Origin: an uncultured cyanobacterium
GTDB taxonomy: Bacteria; Cyanobacteriota; Cyanobacteriia; Cyanobacteriales; CAWUOF01
Direction of reading: 5' to 3'
Assembly: GCA_963744145.1 (NCBI GenBank)
Contig: CAVUSO010000001.1
Span: forward strand, 3,072,001-3,136,000
DNA length: 64,000 bases
The translations under genes and the position numbers were made by a program. The notes beneath the pieces are model-generated. The model searched no databases. It was not told where the DNA came from and saw only the letters and a program-made list of their open reading frames with translations. Every line of letters starts with the position of its first letter. The first letter of the stretch is position 1. This document shows, piece by piece, positions 41,806 to 51,446 of this stretch.

Positions 41806-43491
41806 ATGACAATTGACAACTTTAGAAGCAAAGTCGTAACACAGGGTGTACAGCGATCGCCAAACCGGGCGATGCTGCGTGCAGTTGGTTTTGGTGACCA
41901 GGATTTTACTAAAGCCATTGTTGGCATTGCCAATGGTTATAGCACGATCACTCCTTGCAATATGGGCATCAATGATTTAGCCAAGCGAGCTGAGACTAGT
42001 TGTCGAGCTGCGGGTGCTATGCCCCAAATGTTTGGCACGATTACGGTCAGCGATGGGATCTCGATGGGCACGGAGGGAATGAAGTATTCTTTGGTGTCCC
42101 GCGAGGTGATTGCTGATTCCATCGAAACGGCTTGTAATGGCCAGAGTATGGATGGAGTGTTGGCGATCGGCGGCTGTGACAAGAATATGCCAGGGGCGAT
42201 GATCGCGATCGCCAGGATGAATATTCCCGCCATATTTGTCTATGGTGGCACAATTAAACCCGGACATCACAATGGACGGGATTTAACTGTGGTCAGCGCC
42301 TTTGAGGCAGTGGGACAATACAGCGCGGGAAAAATTGATGACGCTGAATTGTTTGAGGTGGAACGCAAAGCCTGCCCTGGTGCAGGTTCTTGCGGAGGTA
42401 TGTATACTGCTAATACCATGTCTTCTGCCTTTGAGGCAATTGGTATGAGTTTGCCATATTCCTCCACCATGGCAGCAGAAGATGAGGAAAAAGCAGATAG
42501 TGCTGAAAAATCAGCCCTAGTTCTGGTCGATGCGATTCGTCAACAACTTTTGCCACGTCAGATTTTAACTCGGAAAGCCTTTGAAAATGCGATCGCGGTA
42601 GTGATGGCGGTAGGTGGCTCAACTAATGCGATCTTGCATCTATTAGCGATCGCCCATGCGGCTGGAGTCGAACTAGCTTTAGATGATTTTGAAACGATTC
42701 GCGCTCGGGTTCCGGTGCTGTGCGATCTCAAACCTTCTGGTCAGTATGTAGCTTGTGATTTACATCGAGTCGGTGGGATTCCCCAAGTCATGAAAATGCT
42801 CTTAGTACATGATTTATTGCATGGGGATGCGCTGACGATTACCGGACAAACGATCGCCGAAGTTTTAGCTGATATTCCTGACGAACCACCAGCAGGTCAA
42901 GATGTGATTCGTCCTTGGCATCATCCCATGTATGCTCAAGGTCATTTGGCAATTTTACGAGGTAATTTAGCCACAGAAGGTGCCGTTGCGAAAATTACTG
43001 GCATCAAAAAATCCCAAATTACTGGTCCAGCTCGGGTCTTTGAATCGGAAGAATCCTGCTTAGAGGCAATTTTAGCTGGCAAAATTAAAGCTGGTGATGT
43101 AATTGTGATTCGCTACGAAGGTCCGAAAGGTGGTCCGGGAATGCGGGAAATGTTAGCCCCAACTTCGGCTATTATCGGTGCTGGATTAGGAGATGCGGTC
43201 GGATTAATTACTGATGGTCGCTTCTCTGGTGGGACTTATGGGATGGTGGTTGGTCATGTAGCTCCGGAAGCTGCGGTTGGTGGGGCGATCGCACTTGTCC
43301 AAGAGGGTGATCAGATTACGATTGATGCTCCTGGACGGTTGTTACAATTGCAGGTTTCTGAGCAAGAATTGGCAAATCGTCGCGCTCAATGGCAACCTCC
43401 TAAACCTCGCTATACTAAAGGCGTATTAGCTAAATATGCGAAGTTAGTATCTTCGAGCAGTGTTGGTGCTGTAACTGATTTGGAACTATAA
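41806..43491 (+). CDS. ilvD: Dihydroxy-acid dehydratase
   Basis: [40 protein letters not shown]. Confidence 0.98.
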   Translation: MTIDNFRSKVVTQGVQRSPNRAMLRAVGFGDQDFTKAIVGIANGYSTITPCNMGINDLAKRAETSCRAAGAMPQMFGTITVSDGISMGTEGMKYSLVSREVIADSIETACNGQSMDGVLAIGGCDKNMPGAMIAIARMNIPAIFVYGGTIKPGHHNGRDLTVVSAFEAVGQYSAGKIDDAELFEVERKACPGAGSCGGMYTANTMSSAFEAIGMSLPYSSTMAAEDEEKADSAEKSALVLVDAIRQQLLPRQILTRKAFENAIAVVMAVGGSTNAILHLLAIAHAAGVELALDDFETIRARVPVLCDLKPSGQYVACDLHRVGGIPQVMKMLLVHDLLHGDALTITGQTIAEVLADIPDEPPAGQDVIRPWHHPMYAQGHLAILRGNLATEGAVAKITGIKKSQITGPARVFESEESCLEAILAGKIKAGDVIVIRYEGPKGGPGMREMLAPTSAIIGAGLGDAVGLITDGRFSGGTYGMVVGHVAPEAAVGGAIALVQEGDQITIDAPGRLLQLQVSEQELANRRAQWQPPKPRYTKGVLAKYAKLVSSSSVGAVTDLEL

Positions 43492-43516
43492 CACTTGTTT
43501 GCTTGTTTGACAATTT

Positions 43517-43542
43517 GAGACGTTCCACCGGAACGTCTCTAC
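43517..43542. repeat. REP-like hairpin / probable terminator
   Basis: GAGACGTTCC-ACC-GGAACGTCTC followed by TAC, between convergent genes. Confidence 0.7.
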
Positions 43543-43595
43543 TTAGGCTTTGGAGTGGCTTAACGGATCAGGATAGAGCAAGGTTTTTTTAGACT

Positions 43596-44243
43596 TTACA
43601 GGCGATTTATTATTCTTAAGATCAAAGTTTCAAATTCTTCTAAAGTCTGACTGACTCCAACTTCTTTAGCCTGTTGCATAAACTGGGGAATAATTTCTGC
43701 TACTGCAATATCTGGAAATATTATGCTGGTTTCAGATATTAAGTATGTATTTCCTTGCACCACATTAATCTTCAGCTTCCTCCCATCATAAACCCACAGT
43801 TCTGGCACTCCCAAAGCAATATAAGCATCTACTTCCGTTTTTGAAGTTACATCAGTTTCAATTGCTAAATCTGGTGGTGGATCTACATTTAGATCCAGCC
43901 GTTCTTTACCAATAACCGCTTGATAATTTTGGATATAAAAACAATTATCAGGTTCTATACCTGCGATCATTCCCTGACGCTTAAAAGTTGTAGATCCCAG
44001 AGGTCCCCACCGTCGTTTTTGCATTTTCAGTAGCGTTTTTACTAAATCCCCTAGTAATACTTTTGAGCGTTCTTGTTCTGGGAGAGGAGCCATAATTTCC
44101 AGAATTCCGTTAGCATAAGCAATTCTAGATGAACGTCTTTCTCCTAATTGCTGGAGAATCTTTTCAAATCCTGACCAGGAAACTGGTTGCAAGATTACTT
44201 TTTGTCCCGCTTTTAACCGCAGGTTAATCGCAGTTGTTGACAT
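43596..44243 (-). CDS. Uma2 family endonuclease
   Basis: VSWSGF, GIEPDNCFY, PPDLAIETD, GVPELW; likely start MSTTAIN. Confidence 0.9.
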   Translation of the reverse strand: MSTTAINLRLKAGQKVILQPVSWSGFEKILQQLGERRSSRIAYANGILEIMAPLPEQERSKVLLGDLVKTLLKMQKRRWGPLGSTTFKRQGMIAGIEPDNCFYIQNYQAVIGKERLDLNVDPPPDLAIETDVTSKTEVDAYIALGVPELWVYDGRKLKINVVQGNTYLISETSIIFPDIAVAEIIPQFMQQAKEVGVSQTLEEFETLILRIINRL

Positions 44244-44370
44244 AGCACGGAAGTCCCATAAAAGCGATCGCCGATCTTGAGCCAATTAATAGAGTATATA
44301 TTATTCACGCCCAGGTTCTGTCTCTTAATTCAAACTTGTGAATACTCACTCCAGTGTAAATTTATATTTC

Positions 44371-44423
44371 TTTTCATTATTTTCTCATTTTTTGTCTGAT
44401 ATTATTCTCATAATGTTTTCATT
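44371..44423 (-). promoter_or_regulatory. Two ManR-type direct-repeat boxes upstream of mntH
   Basis: Minus strand AATGAGAA-N3-AATGAAAA (44371-44389) and AATGAAAA-N3-TATGAGAA (44405-44423) match the recalled WATGARAR-N3-WATGARAR ManR site. Confidence 0.8.
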
Positions 44424-44444
44424 TTTGGCGATCTGTTCATATCT

Positions 44445-45791
44445 ATGTATAAAAATCACCCAAGCATCCCGAGTCTTCCAGAGGTAAACCGCAGCATTAA
44501 TATTCCCAATGTCAAAAGCTTTTGGCGCAAAATGCTGGCTTATTCCGGACCCGGATATCTCGTTTCCGTCGGATATATGGACCCAGGTAATTGGGCTACT
44601 GATATTGCTGGGGGATCTAAATTTGGCTATTTATTACTAAGTGTCATTTTATTATCAAATTTAATAGCGGTTATATTACAAGCTTTATGTGTGCGTTTAG
44701 GAGTAGCAACAAAGCGAGATTTAGCGCAGCTATGCCGAGAATATTTTAGCCCGAAATTTAGCTTTTTTTTATGGGTAATTTGTGAAATTGCGATCGCTGC
44801 TTGTGACTTAGCTGAAGTCTTAGGAACAGCGATCGGTTTACAGCTTTTATTTAATCTTCCCTTAGTGTGGGGAGTAAGTTTAACAGCAATAGACACAATT
44901 TTTTTACTATTTCTCCAAGGCAAAGGTTTTCGTTATATCGAAGCTTTAGTAATCTCTTTAATCAGCTTAATTGGGGGTTGTTTTTTAGCAGAAATGATCT
45001 TTGCTCACCCTGATACAAATGATGTCTTATTAGGGTTCATTCCCCAAACTCAAATTTGGCAAAATCAAGATATTTTATATATTGCGATCAGCATTTTTGG
45101 TGCAACTGTAATGCCGCACAATCTTTATCTCCATTCATCAATAGTACAAACTCGCGCTTGGGGTGAAACGACAGAAAAGAAATGGGAAGCAATTAAATTT
45201 AGCAGCTTAGATTCAACCTTAGCATTGTCACTAGCCTTTTTTATTAATGCGGCTATTCTGATTGTTGCAGCTGCCACTTTTTATGTAGCTGGATATCATG
45301 AAATTGCAGAAATCCAAGATGCTTATAAATTATTATCTCCCTTATTAGGAGTTGGAACTGCTAGTATAATTTTTGCTGTTGCTTTAATTGCTTCTGGGCA
45401 AAATTCAACCCTGACTGGAACTTTAGCAGGACAAATTGTGATGGAAGGGTTCTTACAATTTCGGTTACCACCGTGGTTACGTCGATTAATCACCCGCTCC
45501 CTAGCAATTTTTCCAGCTTTAGTTTGTATAATTATCTTTGGCGAAAGTAGTACCAATAATCTCCTAATTTTCAGTCAAGTAATCTTAAGTTTACAGTTGT
45601 CTTTTGCGGTATTTCCCCTCGTGATGTTTACTAGCGATCGACGAATTATGGGTGAGTTTGTGAATCCTGAGTGGTTAAAAATTCTAGTCTGGTCAATTGG
45701 GATAATTATTGCTGGACTCAATCTGTGGTTACTGTGGCAAACTGGTGTAAGCTGGTTATCACCCAAGATTTCGGGTATATTTAACAATTAA
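44445..45791 (+). CDS. mntH: Nramp Mn2+ transporter
   Basis: GYMDPGNW, GATVMPHNLYLHS, TGTLAGQIVMEGF. Confidence 0.96.
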   Translation: MYKNHPSIPSLPEVNRSINIPNVKSFWRKMLAYSGPGYLVSVGYMDPGNWATDIAGGSKFGYLLLSVILLSNLIAVILQALCVRLGVATKRDLAQLCREYFSPKFSFFLWVICEIAIAACDLAEVLGTAIGLQLLFNLPLVWGVSLTAIDTIFLLFLQGKGFRYIEALVISLISLIGGCFLAEMIFAHPDTNDVLLGFIPQTQIWQNQDILYIAISIFGATVMPHNLYLHSSIVQTRAWGETTEKKWEAIKFSSLDSTLALSLAFFINAAILIVAAATFYVAGYHEIAEIQDAYKLLSPLLGVGTASIIFAVALIASGQNSTLTGTLAGQIVMEGFLQFRLPPWLRRLITRSLAIFPALVCIIIFGESSTNNLLIFSQVILSLQLSFAVFPLVMFTSDRRIMGEFVNPEWLKILVWSIGIIIAGLNLWLLWQTGVSWLSPKISGIFNN

Positions 45792-45970
45792 TCGCGGTTA
45801 GCGCCACCCTAACCAGTCTGAGTAAAAGACCAGATAAAATGCTGCTAGTGGTAACAGAAGTCTACCCTCAACAGCTGATGTGATGGGAAAATAACAAACG
45901 AAGTATTGAAGACCGGATTGTCAGTTTAAGCCACTAAGGCGAGTTTTTTTGGGCTTTTTTATGTCTATTT

Positions 45971-46085
45971 CTGCAACTAACAATCTAGTCCGAGGTCGCT
46001 CATTACCAAATCTTATTTTGACGATAATCACCAACAACAAAAACTTATCTTTACTCCTGGTTGAAATGATTAATTAATCCTTCCC
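45971..46085 (+). ncRNA. 6S RNA (ssaA/ssrS)-like sequence with short terminal arm
   Basis: CTAGTCCGAGGTCGCTC..TACC and CAACAAAAACTTATCTTTACTCCTGGTTGAAATGAT resemble recalled cyanobacterial 6S blocks and pair around a central bubble. Confidence 0.6.
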
Positions 46086-46337
46086 TTACTTTTTTATTAC
46101 TTTTTCAGCAAACCCTAGATAGAGAATTTGCAGCGTTTGGTTACCAGTGGATGATGGGATGGGACAGAAACTTTTGGGATGGCGATCGCCGGATCAGGCT
46201 TTTCGATCTCTGTAAATACACCCCAGATAGATTTTTGTAAGCAGGGATGCTATAAGTGAGGACTACACTCAATTACCATTCAATCAACCTGACAACATCA
46301 AGCCAAATCCTCTCGCAATTAAGGAACAGAAACCATA

Positions 46338-46547
46338 ATGAATACTCAAATTAGCGGTAATTTACCTAAAAATACAATTCGACAAATAGTAGAAAAAATC
46401 TTTACATCTGGTGCGATTACCCGTGCTGACCAAAAGTCCTTACGACAAGCAATGTTCGCTGATCATCAACTGAGTTCTGAAGATGCTGATCAAATCAAGC
46501 GAGTTTTCGATCGCTTGCAAATGGGATTGTTAAAAATTGTTGATTAA
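46338..46547 (+). CDS. Small protein, distant relative of the type A/B family
   Basis: IRQIVEKIFTSGAITRADQ..L...SSED...IKRVFDRLQMGLLKIVD has the same pattern; AAGGA RBS. Confidence 0.8.
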   Translation: MNTQISGNLPKNTIRQIVEKIFTSGAITRADQKSLRQAMFADHQLSSEDADQIKRVFDRLQMGLLKIVD

Positions 46548-46641
46548 GATGCCATCAAAACCTGAAGGGGGGACTCTGATTTAATCAATAGGTAACGGCA
46601 ATTTTGAGTTCAATCACCAATTACCTATTGCCCATTGAGAA

Positions 46642-47037
46642 TTAATCCCCAGCTTCCTTGAGACAAGAAGCATTTTGAGATTCTTGCCAGAGTTTGAGGA
46701 TAAAAAACTCGGTACGATCGCTCATAGTCGTGACAAAGATCCCTTCGGCACTTTCGGAATTTGGGCCGATCCAAGTGCCGCACAGACTAATTTCCACATA
46801 TTCATGATCACAAACAGAGACAACCACCGAATCTAATCCATCCCGACTAGCTTGTGATTCGAGGTGAGATAATCCGGGTAAATCAGCACGGAGCAAAAAA
46901 GCCGCTGAACTGGGTTCGACACAGATATTATAACCAACGCGCAAAGCCAGAATCACTCGTGCCGTGACCCATTCCTCTAAGGATTGGGCTAAACGCTCCA
47001 TATAAAAGCCGGTTTCGGTGTAAGTGAATTTCAGCAT
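46642..47037 (-). CDS. alr0857 family protein
   Basis: MLKFTYTETGFYMERLAQSLEEWVTARVILALRVG; downstream of HNH gene. Confidence 0.8.
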   Translation of the reverse strand: MLKFTYTETGFYMERLAQSLEEWVTARVILALRVGYNICVEPSSAAFLLRADLPGLSHLESQASRDGLDSVVVSVCDHEYVEISLCGTWIGPNSESAEGIFVTTMSDRTEFFILKLWQESQNASCLKEAGD

Positions 47038-47112
47038 ATTGGGTGCTTCCTTGTTCGTGCTTGATTCTAGTCAAAGGTGATTGGTGGCATAATTAGTCCA
47101 ATCACCTAGTTC

Positions 47113-47643
47113 TTATTCCTGAAACTGCTGTTCCCGCCAAAACTTTTCGGAAAATGCCACAGTGGGATGGATGGGGGCTCTGGGTTGATTAGAGAGAGCC
47201 ATTCCCGCTTCACTCGGAGTGCGATCGCCTTTGCGAGTGTTACATTTTTCACAAGCTGCAACGACGTTATCCCAGGTATGTGGTCCCCCTTTCGAGCGGG
47301 GCATAACGTGATCCAAAGTCAGACGCTTGGTGCTACCACAGTATTGACAAGTATGGCGATCGCGACGGAGAATTTCCCGACGGTTGACGGGGGGCACTTT
47401 CCATAACCGTTCTGTACTCAACGCAGTGAGACGGATATGTTCTGGGACTTGAAACACCAGACTGGGCGATCGGACACTGACGGTATGACCAATATCAAAA
47501 TCTAGGGGTTCTGCTTTACCTGTCACCAACAGCACGATCGCTCGCTTAATATTGACTCGACTTAAAGGTAAGTAGTTTTTGGAAAATACCACGACCGAAT
47601 GGGCTAATACGTCTGTTGTGGTTCTCACTGGTTGACTCCTCAT
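47113..47643 (-). CDS. HNH endonuclease
   Basis: RRDRHTCQYCG..LTLDHVMPRSKGG..WDNVVAACEKCNTRKG. Confidence 0.93.
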   Translation of the reverse strand: MRSQPVRTTTDVLAHSVVVFSKNYLPLSRVNIKRAIVLLVTGKAEPLDFDIGHTVSVRSPSLVFQVPEHIRLTALSTERLWKVPPVNRREILRRDRHTCQYCGSTKRLTLDHVMPRSKGGPHTWDNVVAACEKCNTRKGDRTPSEAGMALSNQPRAPIHPTVAFSEKFWREQQFQE

Positions 47644-47645
47644 AC

Positions 47646-47683
47646 AAAAACCCCCGTTTCTGTGATTTAGAAGCGGGGGTACG
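47646..47683 (-). terminator. Intrinsic terminator (attenuator) directly before HNH gene
   Basis: Minus strand ACCCCCGCTTCT-loop-AGAAACGGGGGT-TTTT; its 5' arm is also complementary to GGGGGTACG at 47736-47744. Confidence 0.8.
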
Positions 47684-47709
47684 GAAAACTGGTCTGAGGT
47701 CTTCTCGTT

Positions 47710-47940
47710 TTATATTGGTACAGCATGGTTTTGCTCGTACCCCCTACTTTTTTGCCAAAGTTCTTGTTCTACACCCTGCCAATCAATGGTGCTTTCACCA
47801 TTATGACCAATATTGTTGATTGGGGACAAAAAGCTATATGTTTCTATAAACAGCGCGACGACGGGCATGGCCGCTTGTTCCCCAGATCCCGTCGAGCGGG
47901 TGGGAGCAGTTGGGAGGGAGACGGGCGTTAGTGATGTCAT
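47710..47940 (-). CDS. Putative leader ORF of HNH operon
   Basis: ATG ORF between promoter region and terminator; contains the antiterminator strand. Confidence 0.5.
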   Translation of the reverse strand: MTSLTPVSLPTAPTRSTGSGEQAAMPVVALFIETYSFLSPINNIGHNGESTIDWQGVEQELWQKSRGYEQNHAVPI

Positions 47941-47983
47941 GAAAATAGTGTTTGAAGGCTGTAATTTCAATATAACTATATAT

Positions 47984-48005
47984 ATACTACACTTGTATTA
48001 TTACA
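47984..48005. promoter_or_regulatory. Putative TrcR operator in divergent promoter
   Basis: ATACTACA at 47984-47991 plus degenerate ATTATTACA; motif recalled for Anabaena TrcR. Confidence 0.55.
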
Positions 48006-48033
48006 CTGTCTACCCCTAAAAGGAGAAAAAATT

Positions 48034-48369
48034 ATGCAGACCCTTCATCGCACTTCAACTACCGAAATGGAAGTAACGAGCATTAGACTAGAAAGAGAAC
48101 TGAAGGAAAATCTCAAGGACATCGCAGGTGGTCAAGGTTATCAGGCGCTAATTCGAGATATACTCTGGAACTATGTCCAGCAGAAATCGGGTGAATATCG
48201 ACCCCAGTTTTCCCGGACCGATATCCGGGCCAGTATTGCCGCGACAGCCCAGCGAGAGGAACATTGTGTTCTGACTGGACAGTTAATTAGACCAAAAGAG
48301 CCGATGTTTTTAGGTTTGACAGTCAATGGAGATATGGTTCCCTTAAGTGCCAAAAGTTTAGGTAATTAG
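48034..48369 (+). CDS. trcR: Ribbon-helix-helix repressor, TrcR (All0854)-like
   Basis: EVTSIRLERELKE...GYQALIRDILW; divergent from HNH-alr0857 as recalled for Anabaena; AAGGAG RBS. Confidence 0.7.
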   Translation: MQTLHRTSTTEMEVTSIRLERELKENLKDIAGGQGYQALIRDILWNYVQQKSGEYRPQFSRTDIRASIAATAQREEHCVLTGQLIRPKEPMFLGLTVNGDMVPLSAKSLGN

Positions 48370-48935
48370 GAGATCTCGGCGCAGAAGAAGAAGGGCGAAG
48401 CATTCGGATCTAATATTAACCCATTTAAGTGATAAATTGTCGCCCGAATGCTTCGCCCCTACACCCGATTGATCGGCAAGCGATCGCTGATTAAATACCA
48501 ATCTAGTTCAGTTCCTCGTAGGGGCAAAGCATTTCGGCAAATAAATGATTGCTTAAACGAAGGATAATATTACCGAAATGCTTTGCCCTCACCATCTATG
48601 CAGCCAACAGATCAACTAGATATTACAATACATTCAGTTCAGAATTTTTTGAGAGCTCGGCACAGAAGAAGGGCGAAGCATTCGGATCTAATATTACTGG
48701 CTTGATTGCTCAATTATCGCCCGAATGCTTCGCCCCTACACCCCATTGATCTACAAGCGATCGCTGATTAAATATCAATATAGTTCAGTTACTCGTAGGG
48801 GCAAAGCATTTCGGCGCATAAATGATTGCTTAAACGTTTACCCTGAGTGTTCCCTGAGTTTACCCTGAGCGGAGTCGAAGGGCGTAGTCGAAGGGAAGCA
48901 TAATATTACCGAAATGCGAGAGCCCTCACCATTGA
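48370..48935. repeat. Two tandem ~280-bp units of the same REP doublets as 3569-4689
   Basis: GGGCGAAGCATTCGG...CCGAATGCTTCGCCCCTACA and GTAGGGGCAAAGCATTTCGG twice; second unit carries a CCCTGAG/GTCGAAGGG insertion. Confidence 0.9.
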
Positions 48936-48941
48936 TGAACT

Positions 48942-49157
48942 ATGCGTGATCTTGAAACTGCATTAGGTCAATATCTCATTTATCGGGCTTTACTATCTAT
49001 CGATCATCCCGATTACCAATTATATTTGGCAATCGGTCAAAAGATTTACGAAGGCTTTTTCCAGAAAATTGCGATTAAATTTATTCTGGAAACCTACCAA
49101 GTTTCCTGATTAGTTATTGATTTGAATAGAGAGGAGATTATCCAATGGAAAAGATAA
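48942..49157 (+). pseudogene. xisH: XisH family, 3' remnant
   Basis: MRDLETALGQYLIYRALL...LYLAI...QVS*LVIDLNREEIIQWKR; TGA at 49107; 5' half missing. Confidence 0.85.
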
Positions 49158-49486
49158 TTCATTATCAAAACTTGATTAAGCAAATTTTAACTGAATACGA
49201 ACGTATTTCAGCACAAGCTCCTGTCCCTGATATAGATGAAGTGTTAATGTTTGATGATGAAAGAAAACAATATCTTTGGTTTAATATTGGATGGAAACAA
49301 GGGAAAAGAGTTAAAGGAATTTCTGTTTATGTTCGCATTAAAAATGAGAAAATTTATATTGAAGAAGATTGGACTGAGGAAGGAATTGCTACCGAATTAT
49401 TAAGGGAAGGTGTACCGAAAGAGGATATTGTTTTAGCTTTTCATGATCCGGAAACTCGTAAATTAACTGAGTTTGCGTTAGCGTAG
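49145..49486 (+). CDS. xisI: XisI family protein
   Basis: IYIEEDWTEEGIATELLREGVPKEDIVLAFH. Confidence 0.93.
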   Translation: MEKIIHYQNLIKQILTEYERISAQAPVPDIDEVLMFDDERKQYLWFNIGWKQGKRVKGISVYVRIKNEKIYIEEDWTEEGIATELLREGVPKEDIVLAFHDPETRKLTEFALA

Positions 49487-49514
49487 CTTACCGTAGGTAT
49501 CGCTTAAATTACCA

Positions 49515-50380
49515 TCAATCTTTACAGCAATTTCTCATATATTCCCGAAAAACTGGAGACAAAGTAAACAGGGTTTTATCAGCTTTGATTTTGGTGACTA
49601 AATACCGTTGTTGTAAAGATTGTAACCCATTAATTAAATCTATTGATGATAAATCTAAACCCTGTCTTAAATCTTCTCTGGATACTTGATCAATTTTACT
49701 AAATTTTAAGACAAGTTGCTGTTCTATGGGTGATAGTCTGCTAAATAACTGGTTAAAGTGCGATCGCATCTTGTTTGTTACCACAGGTAAGATACTTATG
49801 CTACTATTTTCTGATAAAAATTCCGCTACATTACCATCAAAAATATCTTTAATTAAAATAGCAACATCTTTTAAATACATCGGATTACCTTGATATAACT
49901 CAATCAAAGTTGACCAACTATCCTCATCCTTTAATCCTGTATTTTTAAAGATTTCAACATTATCTAAACCGGACAATGATAAACTCTTAATAGGATATAA
50001 TTCCTCATCTAAACAGTGCATTTCTGGATATTGTTCTTGACTAATTAATATCACATTACTTTGATGTTCAACTTCTGTAATTATCTTAAAAAAGTTTTGA
50101 TAATCTTTGTATTCAGTTTGATATTGTCCTGCAAATTCACTATCAGTAAAGAGATTTTGCACATCATCAAGGATAATTAAACATTTTTTCTCAGTGAAAA
50201 TATCAAATAATTGTTTTAATTTATCATCTATAGTTCCGTTGGCTTCTTGTTTACAAACATTCAATAAATCATTAATGAGTAACTCTAATGATTTAGGAAA
50301 TTTTAAACTTCTCCATATAATTATCTCAAATTGTTGTAAATTTATATCGACAAATCTTTTAACTAGAATGGTTTTACCAG
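49515..50380 (-). pseudogene. NB-ARC/STAND ATPase-wHTH protein, 5' truncated at the P-loop
   Basis: GKT remnant, IIWRSL, CLIILDDV (Walker B), YQGNP, SLQQRYL; N-terminus replaced by opposite-strand GTPase sequence. Confidence 0.8.
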
Positions 50381-50381
50381 T

Positions 50382-51393
50382 CAAAGGGATTGAAGTTAAA
50401 TTCAATGAAATTGAAGGAGTTAATGGAGCATTAATCGCCTATGATATGCCCGGATTAGGTGAAAGTCGTCTTAAACAAAAAGAACATATTGCTCTATACT
50501 GAGAAGTCTTAAAAGATGTTGATGTAGCTTTATGGATTTTGGATGGTCAAAATAGAGCGATCGCCCAAATACAAGAATATCTCGAAGTTGAATTAAAATC
50601 AATTCATCCTAAACTTTTAGAAAGGATGGTTATTGCTTTAAATAAAGTAGATTTGATCCATCCTGGTGAAACTCATTGGCATCCTTTAGCCAATTTACCT
50701 AGTGAGGAGCAAGAAGAAAATATAAAAGGAAGAATCCGTGATGTTAAAAGAAAAATTCGTGAGGTACTTCCTAACTGGCGAGGTAAAATTATTGGTTATT
50801 CCGCTAATACCAATTAACTATGAAATTGCACTTAATCTGAGGTTGATCTGTTAGGTCAGGGCAGGTTTATAATGGTGATCTGTTGGTGGCAAAATTGACT
50901 GGTGAACCTGCCCCTACCAATTTTATCCTCAATTTGCGGATTTCTGTAGTAGGGGCGGGTTCGCCCAGATTTTTGAAATTTACCAATTAATTAGAAAAAC
51001 CCGCCCGGGTTCACCGAGATGTTTGACATTTACCTACTAATCATCAAAACCCACCCTCACCCACAGATCAATATACATCAATGTATCTTCATGGTGAATT
51101 GGTATAATAAAAGATACAATTTACCTCATCTTTTTGATGCCATGATGGATGCTGTACCTCGTAAAAGAAAATGGGTAGTTGCATCTCGTAAAGCCTTAGC
51201 TGATTTTCTTGAATTAGTCCATCCTCAATTATTACCTCCAGAAAAAAGACGGGAAAGATTACAAAATCAACACTCTCGACCATCAAAAATGTCATTGTCA
51301 GATATTGTTGCTAATATGCCTCGTGAAGAATTTGCTAAATTATCAAGTAATAAAGCGGATTTTGAACAATGGTTAAAAGAACAAGGTTTGTGA
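50382..51393 (+). pseudogene. YfjP/YeeP-like GTPase: 5' deleted, nonsense-mutated and MITE-interrupted
   Basis: G3 YDMPGLGES, TGA at 50500, G4 ALNKVD; MITE excision restores GYSANKRYNLPHLF; G1 missing. Confidence 0.8.
50808..51104. mobile_element. Second copy of the ~296-bp MITE, TAA target duplication
   Basis: TAA|TACCAATT...AATTGGTA|TAA. Confidence 0.92.
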
Positions 51394-51446
51394 CAATTAT
51401 TTAACAATTGGTCAATTCAAATTAATTTAATCAAGGAGAAGTTAAA

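Noticed and set aside
44290..44444. yybP-ykoY Mn riboswitch upstream of mntH
   Set aside because: AT-rich with no riboswitch stems; ManR boxes explain the pattern
45792..45960. Additional ncRNA or purK remnant between mntH and the 6S-like sequence
   Set aside because: No recognisable motif or coding similarity by eye; needs a covariance-model search
51019..51104. Start of the 124-aa ORF as an independent gene
   Set aside because: The start lies within the MITE; the remainder is the GTPase C-terminus
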